A stretch of 64,000 bases of DNA from Alphaproteobacteria bacterium. GTDB taxonomy: Bacteria; Pseudomonadota; Alphaproteobacteria; UBA828. The notes beneath the pieces are model-generated. The model was not told where the DNA came from and did no database searches. It was given only the letters and a program-made list of their open reading frames with translations. The stretch is from NCBI GenBank assembly GCA_965221125.1, contig CBDCRW010000007.1, positions 128,001 to 192,000 on the forward strand, in the 5' to 3' direction. The position numbers and the translations under genes are program-made. Below, piece after piece: positions 1 to 9,914 of this stretch; position 1 is the first letter of the stretch, and each line of letters begins with the position of its first letter.

Positions 1-336
1 CACCAGCCACTTATCGATGCCGAGGTGCCGGCGGAGGGTCTCGATGTCGTCCACCAGGTGCCACGTCGTGTTGTTGCGAATGTCGCCCGTGGGCGTGCTG
101 CGCCCGGCGCCGCGCTGGTCGAAGGCGATAAGCCGGTAGCGGTCGGGATCGAACAGGCGGCGGTGGCGGTCCTCGATGCGGCTGCCGGGGCCGCCGTGCA
201 GGACCACGGCGGGCGTTCCGGCGGGATTGCCGATCTCCTCGACATGGAGCTCGTGCCCGTCCCCCACGGGCAAGCGGAAGGTGCGAAGGGGCACAGGCGC
301 CGGATAGACGATGTGGTCGATGTCGGGGGCGGCCAT
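1..336 (-). CDS. pip: Proline iminopeptidase (S33), N-terminal part; runs off window edge
   Basis: Not in ORF track. Manual translation from ATG at 336: MAAPDIDHIVYP...GDGHELHVEEIGNPAGTPAVVLHGGPG...FDPDRYRLIAFDQRGAGRSTP...NNTTWHLVDDIETLRRHLGIDKWLV, the typical Pip N-terminus. Confidence 0.9.
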   Translation of the reverse strand, partial: MAAPDIDHIVYPAPVPLRTFRLPVGDGHELHVEEIGNPAGTPAVVLHGGPGSRIEDRHRRLFDPDRYRLIAFDQRGAGRSTPTGDIRNNTTWHLVDDIETLRRHLGIDKWLV

Positions 337-351
337 GAGCAGCTCCGCGAG

Positions 352-1335
352 TCAGTGGGGGATCGCCGGGCCGTTCTTCGCCGGCAGCACGCAGGCCACG
401 CGATGCCTCGGCCCAAGCTCGACGACCGGCGGGGCGCTGCGGCACGCGGTCTCGGCGAACTCGCAGCGGGGGTGGAAGCGGCATCCGCTCGGCGCCACCG
501 TGTAGTCCGGCACCATGCCCTCTATGGGGCGCGGCAGCCCGGCCCCGCTGAGCTTGGGAACGGCCGCCAGGAGCGCCTGCGTATAGGGGTGCGCCGGCTC
601 GCGGAACAGGGTCTCGACGTCCGCCTCCTCGACGATGGTGCCGGCGTACATCACGTAGACCCTCTGCGCGAACTCACGCACCACGCCGAGGTTGTGGGTG
701 ATGAGCAGCACCGCTGCGCCCGCGTCCTGGGTCAATTCGTGCATCAGCCTCAAGGTCTGTTCCTGCACCGTCACGTCGAGCGCCGATCCCGGCTCGTCCG
801 CCAGCACCAGCTCGGGGCGGTTCACCAGCGCCATGGTGATCATCACCCGCTGCGCCAGGCCGCCCGAGAGCTGAAACGGATAGGCGGCAAGGACGCGGTC
901 GGGATCGACGATCGCCACCCGCCGCAGCCCTGCGCACGCGATCTCGTAGGCCTCCCGCGACGAGCCGGCGCGCCCGCCGCGCCGGATGACCTTGAGGAGC
1001 TGGTCGCGCACCTTGAAGGTCGGGTTGAGAGAGGCCATCGGGTCCTGGAAGATCATCGAGATGCGGCTGCCGCGGATGCCGCGCCACGCGCGCTCCGGCA
1101 TGCCCAGCAGCTCGGTCTCGTGGAACCGGATCGAGCCTTCGATCGAGACGTTCCTCTGCTGCAGCAGCCCAAGGATCGCGCGTACGGTCACCGATTTTCC
1201 GCACCCGGATTCGCCGACGATCGCCACCCGCTCGCCCTGCTCGATGGAAAGGCTGATCCCGTTGAGCACGTGAGAGAGCCCCTCGAAGAGCGAGAACCTC
1301 ATGTGCAGGTCGCGGACTTCGAGGAGCGGCGCCAT
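352..1335 (-). CDS. Peptide ABC transporter ATP-binding protein (OppD/DppD-like)
   Basis: Start MAPLLEVRDL; Walker A GESGCGKS, signature LSGG, Walker B LVLADEP, C-terminal GCRFHPRC motif. Confidence 0.93.
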   Translation of the reverse strand: MAPLLEVRDLHMRFSLFEGLSHVLNGISLSIEQGERVAIVGESGCGKSVTVRAILGLLQQRNVSIEGSIRFHETELLGMPERAWRGIRGSRISMIFQDPMASLNPTFKVRDQLLKVIRRGGRAGSSREAYEIACAGLRRVAIVDPDRVLAAYPFQLSGGLAQRVMITMALVNRPELVLADEPGSALDVTVQEQTLRLMHELTQDAGAAVLLITHNLGVVREFAQRVYVMYAGTIVEEADVETLFREPAHPYTQALLAAVPKLSGAGLPRPIEGMVPDYTVAPSGCRFHPRCEFAETACRSAPPVVELGPRHRVACVLPAKNGPAIPH

Positions 1336-1337
1336 GG

Positions 1338-2201
1338 CTAGAGATTCACGTCCAGCATGTCGCGCAGGCCATCGCCCAACAGATTGAAGCCCAGCACGAT
1401 GATCAGAATCGCGAGGCCGGGAAAGACCGGCTTCCACCAGAGATCCGGCAGGTAGTGCGCCCCGTCGGCCACCATCTGGCCGAGATCGGGGGTCGGCGGC
1501 TGCACGCCGAGGCCGAGGAAGCTCAGCGCCGACGCGACCAGAATCACGAACCCCATGTCGAGCGTGACCTTGGTCAGGATGGAGGGCACGCAATTGGGGA
1601 GGATTTCGCGAAGCATGATGTGCGCGTTCGAGGCCCCGATCACCTGGCAAGCGACGACGAAGTCCTCGGTGCGCACCGAGCGCGTGATGTTGTAGGCGAG
1701 CCGCGTGTGCCATGGCCACCAGAGCCCAGCGACGGCGATCATGGCGTTGATCAGCGTGGGCTCCAGGAACCCCATGATGGCGAGCGCCGCGACCAGCGCC
1801 GGGATCGCCAGGAAGATGTCGGTGACGCGCATGATGATCGTTTCTGTCCAGCCGCCGTAATAGCCGGCCAGGAGGCCCAGACCGACACCGAGCGGCACCG
1901 CGATCGCGAGCACGACCACACCCAGGACGAGCGATATGCGGAAGCCGTAGATGATCCGTGTCAGGTAATCGCGGCCGACCCCGTCGGTCCCCAGCCAGTA
2001 CCGGCCATCCGGCGCGCGGTCGGAATTGGCGAAATCGACCAGTCCTCCGGCGTGCTCGGGGAACGGCGTGACGAAAGGCGCGAAGATGGCGAGCAGGGTC
2101 ACCGCGAGGACAATGGTGGCGCCGGTCACCGACAAGGGATTGCGGCTGAAGCGGTACCACGCGCGGGTGCGAAAGATCGCTGTGGAGGCGAACGCGTTCA
2201 T
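1338..2201 (-). CDS. Peptide ABC transporter permease (OppC/DppC-like)
   Basis: LGTDGVGRD, EAA loop, LSFLGLGVQPPTPDLG; start overlaps the upstream stop codon. Confidence 0.93.
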   Translation of the reverse strand: MNAFASTAIFRTRAWYRFSRNPLSVTGATIVLAVTLLAIFAPFVTPFPEHAGGLVDFANSDRAPDGRYWLGTDGVGRDYLTRIIYGFRISLVLGVVVLAIAVPLGVGLGLLAGYYGGWTETIIMRVTDIFLAIPALVAALAIMGFLEPTLINAMIAVAGLWWPWHTRLAYNITRSVRTEDFVVACQVIGASNAHIMLREILPNCVPSILTKVTLDMGFVILVASALSFLGLGVQPPTPDLGQMVADGAHYLPDLWWKPVFPGLAILIIVLGFNLLGDGLRDMLDVNL

Positions 2202-3220
2202 CGCGCGGCCAGACGAACCCGCGGATTGAGGTAGGCCACCACCAGATCGATGATCACGTTGACGATCAGGAAGAAGGTGGCGATGACCAGAACGGTCCCG
2301 ATGATGCCGTTCAGGTCCTTGTGCATGATCGCGTCGACCCCATAGCGCGCCATGCCGCCGATGCCGAACACCATCTCGACGAGGAAGGCGTTGCCCAGCA
2401 TCACCGAGAAGTCGAGGCCGAGAATGGTCAGCGTCGGAATCATGGCCGGCTTCAGCGCGTACTTGAAGGCCACCTCCTGCGGGCCGAAGTTGTAGGCGCG
2501 TGCGAATTCGGAATAAGGCCGCTGGAAGCTCTCGATCATGTTGGTGCGGGTGAGCCGGGCCGCCTGGCCCAGCCCGGTCAGCGCCAGGGCGAAGGAAGGA
2601 AGAATCAGGTGGAGGGCCGCATCCGCGAATATCGCGAGCTGCCCCGCCGCCAGGGCGTCGATCGTGTACATGCCCGTGATTCTGGGGGGCGGCGTCACGC
2701 CGTCGCTCAATCGGCCGATCGTCGGGAACAGATCGAGCGCGTAGGCGAACGCCAGCATCAGGAAGATCGCCCATACGAAGGTGGGCGTCACGACGCCGAG
2801 CAGCGCCACGACGCGCGCGACGTTGTCGGTCAGCCCGTCGCGATGGCGCGCCGACAAAATCCCCAGAGGCACGCCGATCAGGACCATGAAGAGGCCGGAG
2901 AGCAGCACGAGTTCGAATGTCGCGGGGAAGAACTCGACAATGTCGATCGACACCGCCCGGTTGGTGTAGATCGACATTCCGAGGTCGCCTTCGGTGAGCA
3001 GGCCCTTGATGAAGTGGTAGTACTGAACCGGGAGCGACTCATCGAGGTGGAGGCGCCGGCGCAGCATCTCGACCATCTCGGGGGTCGCCCGGGGCCCGGC
3101 CGCGATCCTCGCCGTGTCGCCCGGGATCAGGCGCGCCAGCAGAAAAATGACGATGGAGACCCCGATCAGCACGATGATCGAGGCGACGAACCGCCGCGAC
3201 AGGTAGCGGCCGACGCTCAC
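2198..3220 (-). CDS. Peptide ABC transporter permease (OppB/DppB-like)
   Basis: PGD...GDLGMSI, PATFEL, VEMVFGIGGMA, YLNPRVR C-terminus. Confidence 0.93.
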   Translation of the reverse strand: MSVGRYLSRRFVASIIVLIGVSIVIFLLARLIPGDTARIAAGPRATPEMVEMLRRRLHLDESLPVQYYHFIKGLLTEGDLGMSIYTNRAVSIDIVEFFPATFELVLLSGLFMVLIGVPLGILSARHRDGLTDNVARVVALLGVVTPTFVWAIFLMLAFAYALDLFPTIGRLSDGVTPPPRITGMYTIDALAAGQLAIFADAALHLILPSFALALTGLGQAARLTRTNMIESFQRPYSEFARAYNFGPQEVAFKYALKPAMIPTLTILGLDFSVMLGNAFLVEMVFGIGGMARYGVDAIMHKDLNGIIGTVLVIATFFLIVNVIIDLVVAYLNPRVRLAAR

Positions 3221-3351
3221 GAACCCTGCCTCATGATTTCTTCAGGAGAAGATCGCGGCGCTCGCGACGGCACAATTGCCGCCCGGAACGTGTCGGGCGG
3301 CCGGGGCGGCCGGAGCGGTGAAGGTCCGGACCGTCCCGGCGATCGTCCCAA

Positions 3352-4947
3352 CTACATTGCGTCGCCGACCTGCCAGGTGTGGAAGCGGAAGTTCCCGCCC
3401 ATCACCGGCACGGTCTTGGAGTCGTCGTCGAGCGGCGGCGCGCCGATATGTGCGCCCTTCGCGAAGACGGCGTCGAACTCGAAGGCGTAGATAGCCGGCG
3501 CGACGTCGAGGATCCGGCGCTGAAGCTGCTTCAGCACGTCGGCCCTCTTGTTGATGTCGAGCTCGACCCTCGACGCTTCGATCAGGCCGTCCACCTCGGC
3601 ATCGTCCAGCCACCACATCGAGAGGTAAGACCCTCGCATGCTCGAGTGGTAGTCGCCGAGCAGCGAAATCGGATCCGAGTAGGTCGCCGAGAACATCAGG
3701 AGCCCGACATGCGGCGTGTCTTCCACGGTCGCGGCACGGTCGGAGAAGCGCACCCACGGGTTCTTGGTGATCTTGGCCTTGATACCGATCTGCGAGAGAT
3801 CGTACTGCAGCTGCAGCATGATCTTCTCTTCCATCGGAACCTCCGCGACCCAGGCGAGCTCGACCTCGTAGTCACCGGCGGAGTCGGCGTACTTGGACTG
3901 GGCCAGCTCTGCGCGCGCCCTCTCGAGGTCCTGCTTGAACGCAGGCGCGTCGCGATCGTAGCCGAACATGGCGCGCGGGATGGCGGTGCGGGTCGGATTT
4001 CCTGCATAGAGGTCGTCGGTGACCTTCACGATGTTGGCGAACGCGTCGTAGTTGAGCGCGTACACCATGGCGCGCCGGAAGTGCACGTCGTCGGTCGGCG
4101 CTTTCTGCGTATTGATGGGCAGGACCACGTAGCCGACGCCCTTCTCGGTGGTGAGCGCCACATTGTCGAGCCCGGCGAGGCCACCGAACGTCTCGTAGGG
4201 ATGCCACTGCATGGACAAATCCAGCTCGCTGTTGGCCATCAGCGTGCGCATGGTCGCGGCGCTGAGGCCGTAGCGAATCTGGACCGTCTCCGGCGCCAGC
4301 GGATCGAAGGCATCGAAATAGTCGGGGAAGGCCTTCAGGATCGTGAGCTCCTGCATGTTGTGGGACTCGACCGTGTACGCTCCGGAGCCTGCATCGTTGC
4401 CCGAGAGGAAGGCGGAGCTGTAGTCGCCGTTCTCGCCGAAATCGCCCTCCTGCTGGTTGGCCTTGGCGAGATCGCTGTTCACGATCGCGAGCCTGGGCAG
4501 CGTCGCCAGGAACGCGGCGTTGGACGCGGGCAGCGTGATCCGAGCGGTGCGATCGTCCACGACGGTGGCCGTGAGGCCAACGAACAGGTTCGCATAGGCC
4601 TGGCCGACCGCCTGGGTGCGGGCGAGCGAGTAGACGACATCGTGGGCGTCGACCACGGACCCGTCATGGAACTTCGCGTCCCGCATCGTGAACGTGTAGT
4701 TCAGGCCGTCGTCGCTCACTTCCCAGGACTCGGCAAGCAATCCAGTAAAGGTGCCGTCGGGATTCGGCCAGACAAGACTGTCGTAAACATTGAAGTTGAT
4801 GATCGAGTCGATGTAATCGATCGCCTTGTGGGGATCGAGTTCGCCGATCGGCACTTCCTCGATACGCAGTACCCGTTCTGCCAAGGCGGAACTTGCAGTT
4901 ACAACGAACGCCATTGCAACCGCGATTCCTATGACAAGTGATCTCAT
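3352..4947 (-). CDS. ABC transporter substrate-binding protein, family 5 (peptide/nickel)
   Basis: Signal peptide MRSLVIGIAVAMAFVVTASSALA; LDPH, VYDSLV, LAESWEVSDDGLNYTF, KFHDGS motifs. Confidence 0.93.
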   Translation of the reverse strand: MRSLVIGIAVAMAFVVTASSALAERVLRIEEVPIGELDPHKAIDYIDSIINFNVYDSLVWPNPDGTFTGLLAESWEVSDDGLNYTFTMRDAKFHDGSVVDAHDVVYSLARTQAVGQAYANLFVGLTATVVDDRTARITLPASNAAFLATLPRLAIVNSDLAKANQQEGDFGENGDYSSAFLSGNDAGSGAYTVESHNMQELTILKAFPDYFDAFDPLAPETVQIRYGLSAATMRTLMANSELDLSMQWHPYETFGGLAGLDNVALTTEKGVGYVVLPINTQKAPTDDVHFRRAMVYALNYDAFANIVKVTDDLYAGNPTRTAIPRAMFGYDRDAPAFKQDLERARAELAQSKYADSAGDYEVELAWVAEVPMEEKIMLQLQYDLSQIGIKAKITKNPWVRFSDRAATVEDTPHVGLLMFSATYSDPISLLGDYHSSMRGSYLSMWWLDDAEVDGLIEASRVELDINKRADVLKQLQRRILDVAPAIYAFEFDAVFAKGAHIGAPPLDDDSKTVPVMGGNFRFHTWQVGDAM

Positions 4948-4995
4948 ATCCTCTTTCCCTCCCTGTATTCTACTGGGTCTCACGCATGAAAAGGC

Positions 4996-5011
4996 TGCGC
5001 AAAGTGTGCCA
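4996..5011 (-). promoter_or_regulatory. Possible sigma-54 (-24/-12) promoter for the ABC operon
   Basis: Minus strand TGGCACACTTTGCGCA is GG-N10-GC, about 50 bp upstream of the SBP start. The -12 box is imperfect. Confidence 0.25.
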
Positions 5012-5147
5012 CAGCGGCGAAGGACCAAGCAAGCAGGGCGATGCCTGGAGACCTTCGCCCGCGCCCGCAGACTGCAAAGATCGACCGCCGGGATTGCGCT
5101 GTGTTAGCCTGTCGCGCTGGTCTGACCAGATGGCGGAGGGAGGCGAG

Positions 5148-6902
5148 ATGACCCAGGCTGTCCGCGCAAGCGAGCCGCGCACATATCGCGCCGCACCGAG
5201 CAAGAACCTCGGCGAGGATGCCGACCCCGTGACCACCGAGGTGGTGCGGCATTCCCTGCAGGTTGCTGCGAATTACATGAAGCGCGCGCTGGTGCGCACC
5301 TCCTTCTCGCCGACCATCTACGAGGTCCTGGACTTTGCCGCGGCGATTTACGATCGCGAGGTGCGCATGCTGGCCCAGGCGCCGACGCTGCCGCTCTTCA
5401 TGGGCACGATGAACTTCTGCGTCGAAGCCGCGGTCGAGGCCGTGGGCGGCGAGGACGCGCTCGAGCCGGGCGACATCATCCTCTACAACGACCCCTTCGG
5501 CACCGGCTCGCACCAGCAGGACGCGGCGCTGATCATGCCGGTGTTCTATCGCGACGAGACGCTGATCGGATACACCGGCATCAAGGCCCATCTCCAGGAC
5601 GTCGGCGGCAAGGAGCCCTATTCCACCGATACCGTCGATGTCTTCCAGGAGGGAACCATCTTTCCCGGCCTGAAGCTCTACAAGCGCGGCGAGCTTTCCG
5701 ACGAGGTCCACCGCCTGCTGGTGGCCAATTCGAGGGTGCCCAAGTACGTGGTGGGCGACGTTGAAGCGCTGGTGGTCGCCGTGCGCGCAGGCGCAGCCGC
5801 GCTCTGCGACGTGGTCGACCGCTTCGGGCTCGAGGAATTCGAGACCTGCGTCGAGCGCATGTACGACCACGGTGAGGCGGTCATCCGCAGCTATTTCGAG
5901 AAGATCCCGGACGGCCGCTACGTCGCCCACGGGATGATGGACAATAACGGTATCGACACGGACTCCATCCCCTTCGAGGTCGCGCTTGAGGTCGAGGGTT
6001 CGACCGTCCGCGTCGACTATTCCAACTCGCCGCCGATGCAAAGCGGGCCGGTGAACTGCCCCATCGCGTCCACCGTTTCGGCGACGCGCATGGCGATCAT
6101 GTGGATCGCCGGCGGCGGCGACAACGTCAACGAGGGGCACTTCCGCCCGGTCGAGATCGTCACCCGTCCCGGCACCATGTTCGATCCGGTGTGGCCCGCG
6201 CCGAACTTCCTCTACTTCATTCCCGCCATGCAGGGGATGGAGGTAATTCTGCGCGCCATGTCCGAGGTGATGCCCGAGGCGGTGCCGGCGGCCAGCGACT
6301 GCGACATCCAGGCCACTGTGTGGTGGGGGGTCGACGAGGAGACCGGCGAGCCCTGGGCCGAGGGCATGCCGCACATGGGCGGTCAGGGCGCCTGGTCCAA
6401 GAGCGACGGCCAGAGCAGCCTGATGCACCCGATGGAGGCTGCGGCCCGCAACATTCCGTGCGAGGTCTACGAATCGCGCGATCCCTGGCTGATCACCAAG
6501 TTCGAGCTGGCGCCCGACACCTGCGGGCCGGGCCAGCACCGGGGCGGGCTGGGGCTCGACATGGACTACACCATGCTGGCCGAGTCCTTCGTCACCGTGG
6601 TCATCGAACGCAACAAGTCCAAGGCGTGGGGCCTGGCGGGCGGCGGCGAGGGCTGCCGCACCAACGTCGCCTACGTGCGCCGCGCCGACGGTGAGCGCGA
6701 GACGATCACCAAGGCGACCCGCCTCAGGCTCGGCGCCGGCGAGACGCTGGAGATGCGCACCGCCGGCGGTGGCGGCTACGGGCCCGCTGCGCTCCGGGCG
6801 CCTGAGGCGGTGCTGGCCGACCTGCGCGAGGGCTTCATCACCGAGGACCACGCCCGCGCCTTCTACCCCCACGTGTTCGAGGCGAGCGTGGCCGCCGAAT
6901 AG
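5148..6902 (+). CDS. Hydantoinase B/5-oxoprolinase family subunit (copy 1)
   Basis: DPVTTEVV, SFSPTIYEVLDF, NDPF.GSHQQD, KAH, GPGQHRGGLG, TAGGGGYG; RBS GGAGG before ATG 5148. Confidence 0.92.
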   Translation: MTQAVRASEPRTYRAAPSKNLGEDADPVTTEVVRHSLQVAANYMKRALVRTSFSPTIYEVLDFAAAIYDREVRMLAQAPTLPLFMGTMNFCVEAAVEAVGGEDALEPGDIILYNDPFGTGSHQQDAALIMPVFYRDETLIGYTGIKAHLQDVGGKEPYSTDTVDVFQEGTIFPGLKLYKRGELSDEVHRLLVANSRVPKYVVGDVEALVVAVRAGAAALCDVVDRFGLEEFETCVERMYDHGEAVIRSYFEKIPDGRYVAHGMMDNNGIDTDSIPFEVALEVEGSTVRVDYSNSPPMQSGPVNCPIASTVSATRMAIMWIAGGGDNVNEGHFRPVEIVTRPGTMFDPVWPAPNFLYFIPAMQGMEVILRAMSEVMPEAVPAASDCDIQATVWWGVDEETGEPWAEGMPHMGGQGAWSKSDGQSSLMHPMEAAARNIPCEVYESRDPWLITKFELAPDTCGPGQHRGGLGLDMDYTMLAESFVTVVIERNKSKAWGLAGGGEGCRTNVAYVRRADGERETITKATRLRLGAGETLEMRTAGGGGYGPAALRAPEAVLADLREGFITEDHARAFYPHVFEASVAAE

Positions 6903-6928
6903 GCCCGATCCGGCCCAGAGGACTGCCG

Positions 6929-8668
6929 ATGACCCGCGAATTGGTCACCTATCGCGTCGCCGGAGGGTCGGGCGCGGTCGACGCCGACCCGGTCACCACC
7001 GAGGTCGTGCGCAACTCGCTCAACATCGCGGCCAACCAGATGAAGCGGGCGATCGTGCGCACCGCGTTCTCGCCCTGCATCGTCGAGGTGCTGGACTTCG
7101 CGGTCGCGATCTACGACCGCCGGATCCGCATGCTGGCCCAGGCGCCGAGCATGCCGATCTTCATGGGCACGATGAACTTCTGCGTCGAAAGCGCGGTCGC
7201 CTCGGTAGGCGGCGAGGAGAACCTCGAGCCCGGCGACATCATCATCTACAACGATCCCTTCGGCATGGGCTCCCACCAGCAGGACCTGGCCCTGGTGATG
7301 CCGGTGTTCCTCAAGGACTCCGAGCTGATCGGCTACACCACCATCAAGGGGCATCTGCTCGACATCGGCGGGAAGGACCCTTACTCCACCGACACCGTCG
7401 ACGTCTTCCAGGAAGGCACGATCTATCCCGGCATCAAGCTCTACAAGCGCGGCGTCCTCGACGAGGAGATGAACCGCATGCTGCTCGCCAACTCGCGGGT
7501 GCCGAAGATGGTCGACGGCGACATTCGCGGCGAGGTGGTGGGCTGCCGCACCGGCGCGGCCGCGCTCATCGAGGTGGTCGAGCGCTTCGGCCTGGAAACC
7601 TTCAACCAGGCCACGGAACGCATGTTCGATCATGGCGAATCGATCGTGCGCAGCTACTTCGAGCGCATTCCCGATGGCCGCTACGTCGGTCACGGGGTCA
7701 TGGACGACGACGGCGTGAGCGACGAGAAGGTGCCGTTCGACGTCATCGTCGAGGTCGAGGGCTCGACGGTGCGGATCGACTACTCCACCGTCCCCGACAC
7801 CCGCCCCGGCCCCATCAACACGCCGCAGGCTTCGACGATCTCTGCCAGCCGCTGCGCCATCACCATGCTGGCCGGAGGCTCCGAGGCGCCGAACGAGGGG
7901 CACTTCCGCCCCATCGAGGTGGTGACGCGGCCGGGCTCGATGTTCCATCCGGAATGGCCGGCGCCCTGCTTCCTCTACGGCTGGCCGGCGATGCAGGCGA
8001 TCGAGGTGATCTACCAGGCGCTCTCCCAGGCCATGCCCAGGGCGGTGCCCGCGTCGTCCGGCGGCGACGTCTGCGCCATGATCTTCTGGGGCAACGATCC
8101 CGAGACCGGCGAGCCGTGGGCCGACGGCGCCCCGCATCCCATCGGGCAGGGCGCGCACGCGGGCGGCGACGGCGTCTCCTCGATGCACATCATGCAGGCC
8201 GCGACCCGCTACTCGCCGATCGAGATCTGGGAGGCCAAGTTCCCCTGGCTGGTGGATGAGGTCTCGCTCGCCGTCGACAGTTGCGGGCCCGGCAGGCACC
8301 GGGGCGGCCTCGGGGTCAGCTTCCACTTCCGCATGCTCGCCGATTCCTGGGTCACCACGACCGTGGACCGCACCAAGACCACGCCGTGGGGGCTGCAAGG
8401 CGGCGACGACGGCGTCTGCAACACCATCCACGCAGAGATGCCCGACGGCGAGCGCATCGGCCCGTTCGGCAAGGCCACGCGCATGTTCCTGCCCGAGGGC
8501 GCTGTCGTCGAGCTGTCCAGCGGCGGCGGCGGCGGCTATGGCCCTGCCGCTGAACGCGACCCCGCCGCGGTGCACAACGACATCCGCGAGGGGTACATCA
8601 CCGAGGCGCACGCCCGCGCCCACTACCCGCACGCCTTCGCCGACCTGAAATCTGCCGCCGCCGAGTAG
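6929..8668 (+). CDS. Hydantoinase B/5-oxoprolinase family subunit (copy 2)
   Basis: Same motifs as copy 1 (EVLDF, GSHQQD, KGH, GPGRHRGGLG, GGGGGYG); clear paralog. Confidence 0.92.
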   Translation: MTRELVTYRVAGGSGAVDADPVTTEVVRNSLNIAANQMKRAIVRTAFSPCIVEVLDFAVAIYDRRIRMLAQAPSMPIFMGTMNFCVESAVASVGGEENLEPGDIIIYNDPFGMGSHQQDLALVMPVFLKDSELIGYTTIKGHLLDIGGKDPYSTDTVDVFQEGTIYPGIKLYKRGVLDEEMNRMLLANSRVPKMVDGDIRGEVVGCRTGAAALIEVVERFGLETFNQATERMFDHGESIVRSYFERIPDGRYVGHGVMDDDGVSDEKVPFDVIVEVEGSTVRIDYSTVPDTRPGPINTPQASTISASRCAITMLAGGSEAPNEGHFRPIEVVTRPGSMFHPEWPAPCFLYGWPAMQAIEVIYQALSQAMPRAVPASSGGDVCAMIFWGNDPETGEPWADGAPHPIGQGAHAGGDGVSSMHIMQAATRYSPIEIWEAKFPWLVDEVSLAVDSCGPGRHRGGLGVSFHFRMLADSWVTTTVDRTKTTPWGLQGGDDGVCNTIHAEMPDGERIGPFGKATRMFLPEGAVVELSSGGGGGYGPAAERDPAAVHNDIREGYITEAHARAHYPHAFADLKSAAAE

Positions 8669-8671
8669 GGT

Positions 8672-8818
8672 TAGAGCGCGTCCGACTTTGACGGACGCGC
8701 TCTAGGCCGCGACAGCGGCCCGCCGCGTATGCGGCGCGCCCGCGCAGGCGCTGGCCGCAGGCCAGCTGCCGTGAGCGATAGAGATTCAGAGCGTTTCCGC
8801 GCAAAGCGGACACGTTCT
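8672..8818. repeat. Two related palindromes (REP-like or terminator hairpins) between convergent genes
   Basis: TAGAGCGCGTCCG-N7-CGGACGCGCTCTA (8672-8704, perfect 13-bp stem) and imperfect AGAGCGTTTCCGC-GCAAA-GCGGACACGTTCT (8788-8818). Confidence 0.65.
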
Positions 8819-9785
8819 AGCTACCTCCGGCCATTGCCTCTCCGGGGTTGTGGCACGCTGTCAGGTGGTCGTCGCCGAAGCCGGCAAGCTCCGGGGTCTC
8901 GGCCCAGCACTGCTCGAGCGCGTAGGGACAACGCGGCGCAAAGGCGCAGCCCTCGGAGGCGCGCTCCTGGCCTTCCAGCAGGTTGCGATCCCAGGGCCAA
9001 TGCGGCCGCAGTGATTCCTCCTCTTCGGACACCACCGGAACCGACGACAGCAGCATCGCCGTGTAGCGGTGGCGCGGCTCGCGGAACACCGGCTCGGTGG
9101 GCCCGCTCTCGACGATCCGGCCGCGGTACATCACGGCGATGCGCGAGGCCATGTTGCGCGCCACGCCGAGGTCGTGGGTGATGAAGAGATAGGTGAGGTT
9201 GAAACGCGCCTGGAGGTCGAACAGAAGCGTCAGCACCCGCGCCTGAACGGATACGTCGAGCGCGGACGTCGGCTCGTCGAGCACGATGAGGTCGGGTTTG
9301 GCCGCCAGCGCCCGCGCCAGCGCGGCCCGCTGCCGCTGGCCGCCGGAGAGCGCGGTCGGATAGCGGTTCATGTACTCGGGCGACAGTCCGACGATACCCA
9401 ATAGCTCGGCCACGGTTTGGGCGTAGTCGCCCGAGGGAACCATGCCGTGCACCCGGAGCGGCAGCTCGATTGCCTGGCGGATCGTGCGCTTGGGGTTCAG
9501 CGTAGACAGCGGGTTCTGCTGCACGACCTGCATGCGCCGGCGCAGGCCCCGGTCGCGCCGTGCGCCGAGCTCGGCGCCGTCGAACACGATGCGCCCTGCG
9601 CTCGGCTCTTCCACCCCCAGCACGAGCTTGGCGAGGGTCGTCTTGCCCGATCCCGACTCGCCCACGATGGCGACGCTCTCGCCCGGCGCCACCGCAAGGT
9701 TCACGCCCGCGAGCGCCCGCACCACGTCCTTGCCGACCACGTAGTGCTTCGCCAGGTCCTCGACCTCGAGGATGGTGTCCGTCAT
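8817..9785 (-). CDS. Peptide ABC transporter ATP-binding protein (OppF/DppF-like)
   Basis: MTDTILEVEDL; GESGSGKT, LSGGQRQR, LDEPTSALDVSVQ, GCAFAPRC. Confidence 0.93.
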   Translation of the reverse strand: MTDTILEVEDLAKHYVVGKDVVRALAGVNLAVAPGESVAIVGESGSGKTTLAKLVLGVEEPSAGRIVFDGAELGARRDRGLRRRMQVVQQNPLSTLNPKRTIRQAIELPLRVHGMVPSGDYAQTVAELLGIVGLSPEYMNRYPTALSGGQRQRAALARALAAKPDLIVLDEPTSALDVSVQARVLTLLFDLQARFNLTYLFITHDLGVARNMASRIAVMYRGRIVESGPTEPVFREPRHRYTAMLLSSVPVVSEEEESLRPHWPWDRNLLEGQERASEGCAFAPRCPYALEQCWAETPELAGFGDDHLTACHNPGEAMAGGS

Positions 9786-9914
9786 GCCCGCCCTGATCCC
9801 GCTGCACGGCCGCGCGGCGTTGCCGCTGCGAGGGCCGCACGATAGTCTCCGAGCCCCGGAGCGGCAACAAGGATGGCCGCGCGAGCGGGGCATTCCGTGG
9901 AGAGGTAGGGCGTT

